This document shows, in pieces, positions 8,122 through 14,451 of a stretch of DNA of 14,451 bases. Numbering within the stretch: the stretch's first letter is position 1; every line of letters starts with the position of its first letter. The notes under the pieces were generated by a model. The model had not been told where the DNA came from. It worked only from the letters and a program-made list of their open reading frames with translations, and searched no databases. The DNA is taken from positions 1 to 14,451 of the forward strand of contig JAVZLK010000040.1 of the NCBI GenBank assembly GCA_038883795.1. The letters run 5' to 3'. The position numbers and the translations under genes are program-made. This DNA comes from Candidatus Bathyarchaeia archaeon (GTDB lineage: Archaea; Thermoproteota; Bathyarchaeia; Bathyarchaeales; Bathycorpusculaceae).

Positions 8122-8301
8122 TCACCGTGAATTGCCTCTTTCTTTATTAGACGCTTCATCTTTTATGTAAGATTTTTCAGATAAGTATGAGATGACGATG
8201 TTTCTTACAATTTCTGAATCAGTATCTCCTATTGTTCCTCTCAACTTTTCGATAAGTTTCCACTGGCCATCAGTAAACGTAACTTGAACTTTTCTCGGCA
8301 T
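8122..8301 (-). CDS. CopG/MetJ-Arc ribbon-helix-helix regulator, 59 aa (absent from the ORF track)
   Basis: Translated by hand: MPRKVQVTFTDGQWKLIEKLRGTIGDTDSEIVRNIVISYLSEKSYIKDEASNKERGNSR*. Alternating beta strand KVQVTF, helix A, G-x-T-x-SEIVR turn and helix B are the RHH pattern. Directly upstream of the MTase. Confidence 0.85.
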   Translation of the reverse strand: MPRKVQVTFTDGQWKLIEKLRGTIGDTDSEIVRNIVISYLSEKSYIKDEASNKERGNSR

Positions 8302-8316
8302 GCTAATCCCTTGTGT

Positions 8317-8360
8317 GGCAATCTCAAAAGATTCTTATAAGATTGCCTTTATAATCTTTT
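8317..8360 (-). promoter_or_regulatory. Promoter/operator of the RHH-MTase unit
   Basis: TATA-like TTATAAG on the - strand (8340-8334), enclosed by the inverted repeat GGCAATCT (8317-8324)/AGATTGCC (8340-8347). A second inverted repeat AAAAGATT (8326-8333)/AATCTTTT (8353-8360). Confidence 0.55.
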
Positions 8361-8394
8361 CTATAGGATTTTACAAATTAGCATTAGTTATTCT

Positions 8395-9891
8395 CTATTT
8401 ATTCTCCATTTTTTCCCATGCCTGTTTCGCGAAGACCGTTGCTTTTTGTGGGTAGTCAGTCACTTTTATCTCAGCTATTAGCGGGAAAGGTGTTGGTATA
8501 GCCATGCCCCACAGCATCGCCTCATGATCTGCTAGCCCTGGCAAGTATTCACTAAGCCTCTCTGAACCGTATTCAGTATAATCCATTATAGCAGCCTGGT
8601 CATTTCCACTCTTAAGCCTAAAACATGCTACACTATTACACTGAGAAATTACGCTTTTGGAGCAGTATGCTGGGCGTTGAGTCATAACAATTAACCCGAT
8701 ATTATAGCCTCCCGCTTGACTAATAGTTTCAATGAAGGAACCACGAACCTCCGATTGGCCACCCGACTCCCTTAGTTCGGCTCCTCTTTCCGGAGCCAAA
8801 TATTGAGCCTCTTCCACAGCCATGATCAGAGCGAAGTCGCCTTCAGATTTTCTCTCCATAGCATACTCACGAATTTGATTAATTATTTGGCTTGCTGTCC
8901 TATGCTGGGATTCAATGTCAGTGTCAACGCTGAAATCAATAACTAATGTTGGCGTCTCCTTGATCTTTTCAATTGTGTTCAATGGTTCTTTGCTTTCGTC
9001 TATAAATTGCCCCTTTGTATCGAGATGCCAACGAATGCTCTCTAAAGCCTTAGTCTGACTTGCCTCAGTCTTTATGAAATTTCCAATTATTTCTGTAGAC
9101 CGTTGATAGATTGCATCTCTGCTTAAAGGCGTTGCATCAGCCAATAGGCTTCTTATCGCATTCAAAACGGTATCTTTCTCTTTAGCCTTCAACTCCAATT
9201 TTGAAACTATCAAATCTGGATCCGTTATCGTGGGAGTGAAAAGTGTATATGGTAAAACTTCAGCGCCATACTTCTTCAAGGCGCCATATTCGCCTCTACG
9301 GTCGAAGATTAAAAATCTTGGTCTAGGTTTGACCTCAGCAGCTCGGGCCACAAGATTGATTATGAAGGAACTCTTTCCGCTTCTTGTCATTCCTGCTACA
9401 AACATATGTGCTTTTGCTATCGCATTCAGATCCAAGTAAACTGGGATTTTTGTTCCTCGTACCTTACCAATCTCTATGACCAAGGCATCAGCGGCAAATT
9501 TTTCCCGGAGAAGAAAGCGTTTAAGAGCTTCTTCTGAAGGCTCGTAAACTGGGTCCCATGGTGAAGGAGCAACTTCCATCATGCGCCACTTTTCATCCTT
9601 ATCGTAATACCCGAGAATCTCTGCATATCCCACAACATATTCAAGCTTCTTACCATAGTCAGCGCGTCGACGCTTTTTCCCTGCTAATGGTCCAGTGCGG
9701 CCCATCTCCATCTCAGGGTTGTAAGGTTGAACTCTGAACACTCTAGCAAGGACAGGCGTATTAGGCATATGAGGATGCAACAGAAAATAGAAATTGTTTA
9801 CTTGTATCTTTTCGCCTTCAAAAACAACAAAGTTTAGGAAGTTGTGAGTACAGCCTGAAAGAGCATAGCCAACTTCACGAAGCTCTTCCAT
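8395..9891 (-). CDS. herA: HerA-family (FtsK/HerA, DUF87) ATPase/helicase, divergent
   Basis: N-terminal HAS-barrel-like beta region; PVYLDLNAIAKAHMFVAGMTRSGKS (Walker A); LIFDRRGEY; MAVEEAQYLAP (Walker B); LIVMTQRPA...VISQCNS...FRL...DQ; LPGLADHEAMLWG. GGAGG SD at 9905-9901; starts 2 nt after the nurA stop. Confidence 0.9.
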   Translation of the reverse strand: MEELREVGYALSGCTHNFLNFVVFEGEKIQVNNFYFLLHPHMPNTPVLARVFRVQPYNPEMEMGRTGPLAGKKRRRADYGKKLEYVVGYAEILGYYDKDEKWRMMEVAPSPWDPVYEPSEEALKRFLLREKFAADALVIEIGKVRGTKIPVYLDLNAIAKAHMFVAGMTRSGKSSFIINLVARAAEVKPRPRFLIFDRRGEYGALKKYGAEVLPYTLFTPTITDPDLIVSKLELKAKEKDTVLNAIRSLLADATPLSRDAIYQRSTEIIGNFIKTEASQTKALESIRWHLDTKGQFIDESKEPLNTIEKIKETPTLVIDFSVDTDIESQHRTASQIINQIREYAMERKSEGDFALIMAVEEAQYLAPERGAELRESGGQSEVRGSFIETISQAGGYNIGLIVMTQRPAYCSKSVISQCNSVACFRLKSGNDQAAIMDYTEYGSERLSEYLPGLADHEAMLWGMAIPTPFPLIAEIKVTDYPQKATVFAKQAWEKMENK

Positions 9892-9893
9892 GC

Positions 9894-11117
9894 TTAACCG
9901 CCTCCTTGAAGCTCTTGGACATCTTGGAAGTACCTTTCCTCACGCAAAGTCCAGATCTCACCATATTGAAGCGCTAGAAGATTCAGGTCTTCAGGAGCCA
10001 TTTCGCCCTTCTTTACCAGGTCGAGAGCCTTCGAAAAAAGCATTAGACTCCTAATATTGGCAATAGCGTTCGTTATTCTTGTGAGCTTATCTACTTCGTT
10101 AATTGCGAAAGGAATACCGTCCTCTTCGGAAGTAGTATACAAAACCGTGGCGACTTCATCAAGCCTTTTTACACAATACTTTGGAAACTCCAATCGGAAG
10201 GGTGTGGTTAAACCAGTTCTGATATAAGCTGAGTGAAAATTAGTCAGTTTGTCGATAGTTTCTTTCGGTAATTCAAGCTCTTCGGCAGCAGCCGTGTACT
10301 GGTTTACTACTCCTCCTCTTGGAGGCTCGACTTCCAAAAGCGTATACTGACCAAGACGCAGAATCAAATCAAGAAGCACTGTATCGCGGACAAACCGAGC
10401 AGTGGGCAGAGACCCTTGAAGCTCCTCGCCGAGTTTAGCCATCCTTGTCCTCTTAACAAATCCTACTACGGTAATATCTCGCTCATAGCATAACTTAAGA
10501 AACTTCATGACACTTATGGATGTATCCTTAAAATCTTGCCAATACTCGTCCGTTGCCTCTGGACCTGGCATAAGACCGTAATGGAGAAGAAGAGGCCCAT
10601 CAAACACAACTAGTTGAGGGCTCCACTTTTCAACAGCCTCATAGGTAGTTTCAAACTGTAGCTTCATAGCAAGCAAAGATTCACGTTGTTCAGGTTTATA
10701 CTCGCCAGCCCATAGCTCAGGTTTCCCAGCTCTGGAAATAGGCTCATCCAATATTTTCCAGCCCATAGCAACTATCGCCGTAGCTGCATATAGAGGCGCA
10801 AAGGCAGACCGAAGGTCAACTCCGTTGTTACCAGCATCGCTAGCAACTATTGAGGTCTTATTAGCAGATGTCTCATCACATCTAGCTTGTTTCACAGAAA
10901 GTTTGTCACGTATCTCTTTGATCAGTTGTTTCCTAGCCTCATTATAACGTTTAACTTCGTTAAGAATCACATCAGTACCATCATCAATTATCATCTTATA
11001 CAGGTCGGGATGAACCATCTCAGGCTCAGGCTTCGCAAAAACTGAAAAATATTGCTCACGAACTGTTGGTGGCAGCCGAGCGGTAACGCTTTTCTTAGCT
11101 GGCTTAACTGCGCTCAA
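9894..11117 (-). CDS. nurA: NurA-family 5'-3' nuclease, divergent
   Basis: IVASDAG (first catalytic Asp), LVVFDGPL (second Asp), VVGFVKRT, RDTVLL, YIR...PFRLEFP, GIPFAINEVDKLTRIT. Adjacent to herA. ORF open from GTG 11141; TTG 11117 (after GGGGGA) preferred; ATG 11018 also possible. Confidence 0.85.
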   Translation of the reverse strand: MSAVKPAKKSVTARLPPTVREQYFSVFAKPEPEMVHPDLYKMIIDDGTDVILNEVKRYNEARKQLIKEIRDKLSVKQARCDETSANKTSIVASDAGNNGVDLRSAFAPLYAATAIVAMGWKILDEPISRAGKPELWAGEYKPEQRESLLAMKLQFETTYEAVEKWSPQLVVFDGPLLLHYGLMPGPEATDEYWQDFKDTSISVMKFLKLCYERDITVVGFVKRTRMAKLGEELQGSLPTARFVRDTVLLDLILRLGQYTLLEVEPPRGGVVNQYTAAAEELELPKETIDKLTNFHSAYIRTGLTTPFRLEFPKYCVKRLDEVATVLYTTSEEDGIPFAINEVDKLTRITNAIANIRSLMLFSKALDLVKKGEMAPEDLNLLALQYGEIWTLREERYFQDVQELQGGG

Positions 11118-11277
11118 ATAAGTCCCCCTAATAAAATACACTACTAAACCAATATATTTTTGTTAAGATTTTCTTATGTCCGCCACAGAGATTATGACTA
11201 ATAATATGATTTCTTCAAAAAACGTAGGCCGTTTTCCATTAAAAAATCAACGTAAACTCAGCCATTAACTCACATGT

Positions 11278-12396
11278 TCATGAGGATTTTATTTTAAAAA
11301 CTCCACAAATGTTTTCCTTCAATTCTCCTTCATGCTTTCCGATATATGTTTCAGACTTAACTAGTTCCAGTTTTCTTGACTTTTCGAGTTCTTTAATGAC
11401 GATTTTTGCTGGTCCGACCATAACGCCACCAGCAAGAACATAAAGCGTGTCGTAACCCTTTTCCGCTATACTTTGAGCCCACAGCTTATACGGTTCAGGG
11501 CCTGTCACGTAAAATTTTTCTCTTTCGGCCACCAACATTATTGCAATTTTGATTTGTTTTTCCCTGAAATTAAGGTTGTTGTGTTCACCTTTCTTCCTTT
11601 CCGTAAATTTCTTCAAAAATTGCATTAATTTCTGCGTATCTAATCGTGCTTCTTCGTCATATCTTGGATACAGTCTTCGTCCAAGTTCCACAAGTTCCCT
11701 AACTAGAAGTCTGGTAAAAATTCCTCCTTCATCGAGTTTTTCCAATGTCGTTAAATATGTTCTGATATCTGTGTCATCTGATTCTGGCTGGACCACTTCG
11801 GTAAGAAAATAGTCAAGAGCCTCCATCTTTTTAAGCTCAGTAAGTATCTTTTTTGTCATTGTAAAGTCGAGTGATTTGTTTACCTTGCCATCTAGATAGA
11901 TACGTGTTGTAGGAAGAAATCCTTTTGAAACGGATTCCACGGTCGCGTAAGCAAGGTTCCTAGGCTCATATTTATGATGTCTCATCCTTACCACTACCTC
12001 ACCCTTGTATTTATCAACAAAAGATTCTGGGCTTTCCTCTTTTACCCATTCAACTTTTACAGGATAAGGCATTGCACCTTGTGCTTCACGATTGATTGAA
12101 TCGCGTGATGCATTAAGATTTCCTTCAATAGATAATCTGACAGAAGCAAGTTCAGCTTTTTTGACCCACGACAATGCACGCAAAATGTATGCGCTTATCT
12201 TTTGAAAATGAGGAATGTTATTGAAAAGATACGTCAGGAATGCGGTAAATATAACAGTGCCTCCCAAAGTTCCAAAAGCTTGTAACAAAAGGTTCCAAGA
12301 CAGGAAGACTAAACTGCCTAGTGCTATAACTAGAAGCAGGAAGGCTATGACGTAATCCAACAAAATAATAATCTTGTTCTTAAGAGCTTTGTCCAT
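11278..12396 (-). CDS. Hypothetical membrane-anchored protein (two N-terminal TM helices + ~300-aa soluble region)
   Basis: Hydrophobic stretches IIILLDYVIAFLLLVIALGSLVFLSW and LLLQAFGTLGGTVIFTAFLTYLF, then a hydrophilic alpha/beta region. ATG 12396 overlaps the upstream stop (TGATG); TTG 12399 is an alternative. Confidence 0.75.
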   Translation of the reverse strand: MDKALKNKIIILLDYVIAFLLLVIALGSLVFLSWNLLLQAFGTLGGTVIFTAFLTYLFNNIPHFQKISAYILRALSWVKKAELASVRLSIEGNLNASRDSINREAQGAMPYPVKVEWVKEESPESFVDKYKGEVVVRMRHHKYEPRNLAYATVESVSKGFLPTTRIYLDGKVNKSLDFTMTKKILTELKKMEALDYFLTEVVQPESDDTDIRTYLTTLEKLDEGGIFTRLLVRELVELGRRLYPRYDEEARLDTQKLMQFLKKFTERKKGEHNNLNFREKQIKIAIMLVAEREKFYVTGPEPYKLWAQSIAEKGYDTLYVLAGGVMVGPAKIVIKELEKSRKLELVKSETYIGKHEGELKENICGVFKIKSS

Positions 12397-12665
12397 CAAC
12401 TTCCCTCGTTCTTAGGAATTTCTAAGCTAAGCTTTTTAACGGCATTATAGAAACAACCAGGTTTATCGCAACAAACCCTTATCTTTCCCTCATATGGATA
12501 GATAAATCCGAGATTGTCCTCAGATACCTCACATTGGCATTCGTTGCACTTTATTTTGCCTGCTCGTAAATCGTCAAGCAAGTTAAGGCTCCTCAACAAA
12601 TTTTCAAGGTCCCGGTCATGTACCGCATGGATAATTTTCTCTGTCATGAGGCTCACTGCATTCAT
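12396..12665 (-). CDS. Small Cys-rich, putative Zn-binding protein
   Basis: HAVHDRDLENLLRSL...KCNECQCEV...NLGFIYP...VCCDKPGC. Translationally coupled to the membrane-protein gene. TATA-like TTATGTAA lies about 26-33 nt upstream of ATG 12665. Confidence 0.75.
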   Translation of the reverse strand: MNAVSLMTEKIIHAVHDRDLENLLRSLNLLDDLRAGKIKCNECQCEVSEDNLGFIYPYEGKIRVCCDKPGCFYNAVKKLSLEIPKNEGS

Positions 12666-12764
12666 ATTTCTAAGCTTTCAATTATAAGACTTACATAATT
12701 GCTTCAATAATAGGCCGAAAAATTTCGCTGGTCTAGTGAATGGCGTGACGCTTGCATATCCCTC

Positions 12765-13250
12765 TCACTCCCAAATATCCACCAGAAAACTTGTTGGCGC
12801 CCATTGGTGTCCTCTTTTTTCTGCTACCTTTTGACCTATTTCCTTCATGAGTTTCTTGTTCATTCGTTGTATCCTACGAGTAACATCCCACCTTTTCAAG
12901 CCGTATTCAGCTAGCTCTGAGGCGATGGTTGAGGGCAGTAAACCCCCAACGCCCTTCTGTATTAGGCACGTAATTATTTCGACATCTACCTCGTCTTCAC
13001 ATGCAACTTTCTGGATATAGCTTGGCTCAAAACTAATCCACTCACGCAAACCAGCCATCAAAGTCCTTGTTCTAACATCAATTTCGCCTATTTGCTGCTC
13101 CAAACGCTTCAACAACTGAATAATATACTTTAAACGCCCAACCTTCTCAGCCCTATTCCTACGCCTAACAGAACCCTTCTGTGCAGCCTTTTCAGACTTT
13201 TCATGCACAATCTGCACATTTTCTTCCCTTGAACCATGGATACCGCGCAC
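12765..13250 (-). CDS. Hypothetical protein with C-terminal winged-helix-like domain
   Basis: Basic/coiled N-terminus, then DEVDVEIITCL...GLLPSTIASEL...KRWDVTRRIQRMNKKL...VAEKRGHQWAPT (three helices + wing pattern). Start uncertain. Confidence 0.6.
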   Translation of the reverse strand: MRGIHGSREENVQIVHEKSEKAAQKGSVRRRNRAEKVGRLKYIIQLLKRLEQQIGEIDVRTRTLMAGLREWISFEPSYIQKVACEDEVDVEIITCLIQKGVGGLLPSTIASELAEYGLKRWDVTRRIQRMNKKLMKEIGQKVAEKRGHQWAPTSFLVDIWE

Positions 13251-13414
13251 ATTTCGCGTCTCAAATCACCTACATAAGCGACACATGAAACAGCCACTCA
13301 TAACGGCTAGATTCAAGCTTCTTTCAACCAGAAAAGGCAAAAAATCAATCCCCACAGACGCCACCTAAAACACAGCCTATTCCGTGCACTAAAAAACTTC
13401 CAAAAAGCGTCTTG

Positions 13415-14451
13415 CTAGCCTCCTATAACGCTTCGCTTCAACCTATCCACAATCTCGTCGATGGCTCCATCAGGCGCATTAGGACGAATCTTCCGAATAT
13501 TCTCAGCAACCCAATACGGAAAACGGTTCCTAAACGCCTTCCTTCCCTTCTTGCTGGCTTCCCACAACAAGCCCTTCGCCTCTAACATCTTCATGTACGT
13601 CGCATTCGTACTCTGCGTATAACCAGTCTGAACATCCTCAGGCAGAAAAGTCACTTCAGGGTCCATACGCAGACAAGCCTTCAAAACAGTGCTTCCAGCT
13701 TGCCCACGCCTCTTCAAATCCTGCAGAAAAGCCTCAGCATCCCGAACCCAACTCTTGATGTTCGCATCTTCCAGTGTCTGTTGGAAAAGCTCCTTGCGCA
13801 GCTCATCCTCACGCCTATAAGTTTCAAGCTCAGCCTTGTACCTGTCACGTTCTTCCTGTAAAGCCTTAACATCCTTAGGGATCAGCTCCAAATCCAAGTA
13901 ATCGGCAGTCTCCACAATCAAATCGGCCCAATCGCCCCACAACTGCCGAATACGCTCAAACTTCTCCTCAAACTCCCCAGCAATCCTCTGAGTCTCCGCC
14001 AATCGCCCCTCAAGGTCACTTGCTTGGCTCTCCAAAGCCCTAATCTTGTCCAGTAGCCTTGACTTCTCCTCAACCGTCAAAACCTGAGACTCCAACTCCT
14101 TAACTCTAGCCCTCAAACGTTCAACCTCTAAACCTAACGCCTCTTTTCCAGCAGAAGCCTCAGAAAGCTGAGCCTCTAAAGACTGAACTTTCCCCAACAA
14201 CTGCTTCCTTTCACTCTCCAAAACCTCAATCCGCTTCGCAGCCTCTTCAGAAACCGCAGTAGGCACCGTAGGAGGAGCCTTAACAATCTTTGACAAGTCG
14301 GCTATGGCATGCTCAAGCTCAGGCGTCTCCACAGCCTTCGCAATAGGCGTCTTCCCACCATGAGTGCAAACACGTTCCTTACTGCGCACCTTAATATGCT
14401 CCGCTGTTAAACCCCTCACGACGGCTAGGCCCTTAGGCAACTTCTGAATAT
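13415..14451 (-). CDS. C-terminal part of a probable HerA/DUF87-like ATPase with long coiled coil and terminal wHTH (5'-truncated by window edge)
   Basis: Frame is open to the window end (..IQKLPKGLAVVRG...IKVRSKERVCTHGGKTP), resembling the HerA-family C-terminal L-P-x-G-x-A and R-x-x-x-HGG-x-TP motifs. Then a heptad-rich E/K/L/R region and a wHTH-like end (TYMKMLEAKGLLWEASKKGRKAFRN). Walker motifs are not visible. Confidence 0.6.
   Translation of the reverse strand, partial: IQKLPKGLAVVRGLTAEHIKVRSKERVCTHGGKTPIAKAVETPELEHAIADLSKIVKAPPTVPTAVSEEAAKRIEVLESERKQLLGKVQSLEAQLSEASAGKEALGLEVERLRARVKELESQVLTVEEKSRLLDKIRALESQASDLEGRLAETQRIAGEFEEKFERIRQLWGDWADLIVETADYLDLELIPKDVKALQEERDRYKAELETYRREDELRKELFQQTLEDANIKSWVRDAEAFLQDLKRRGQAGSTVLKACLRMDPEVTFLPEDVQTGYTQSTNATYMKMLEAKGLLWEASKKGRKAFRNRFPYWVAENIRKIRPNAPDGAIDEIVDRLKRSVIGG

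Larger units (their letters stand above)
1154..12665. mobile_element. Defence island / accessory cargo, possibly within an integrated element (boundaries not visible)
   Basis: Cluster of RM-like genes, a second nuclease-ATPase operon, orphan nurA-herA and AT-rich cassettes between genes of different composition. No integrase, transposase or att site seen. Confidence 0.5.

Noticed and set aside
9230-11812. Plus-strand ORFs 9230-9439 and 11549-11812
   Set aside because: Antisense shadows of herA and the membrane-protein gene.
13415-14440. Coiled-coil ORF as Rad50/SMC completing the nurA-herA locus
   Set aside because: No CxxC zinc hook, hinge, ABC signature or C-terminal Walker B; it ends in a wHTH-like domain.
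1-14451. tRNA/rRNA genes, CRISPR array, IS elements, integrase or att sites
   Set aside because: Intergenic regions are short (about 165 nt or less) and show no cloverleaf, regularly spaced repeats or terminal inverted repeats; no transposase or recombinase motifs in any ORF.

Overview
Archaeal DNA, shown by Orc1/Cdc6, a full-length RadA, GGTGA/GGAGG Shine-Dalgarno motifs and TATA-like promoters; Bathyarchaeia/TACK is an unverified impression. The window reads as a defence island or part of an integrated mobile element. Left to right: 3' part of orc1/cdc6 coupled to an ArsR-like wHTH gene; a minus-strand, translationally coupled 5-gene operon (in transcription order: ASCH, Zn-ribbon, Mrr-like PD-(D/E)xK nuclease, tandem-wHTH protein, AAA+ ATPase); a divergent radA; a convergent restriction-modification-like pair (putative endonuclease + SPPY-type m4C methyltransferase) preceded by a 59-aa ribbon-helix-helix gene that the ORF track missed, with an operator-like inverted repeat; a stand-alone nurA-herA pair whose HerA lacks the usual arginine-finger motif; a Cys-rich protein + two-TM membrane protein cassette; a wHTH protein; and the 3' end of a probable second HerA-like ATPase with a coiled coil. 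No RNA genes, CRISPR, integrase or att sites were seen. Best candidates for undescribed systems: the ASCH/nuclease/wHTH/AAA operon, the atypical NurA-HerA pair, and the Zn-protein/membrane-protein pair. All family calls come from motifs read by eye, not database searches.
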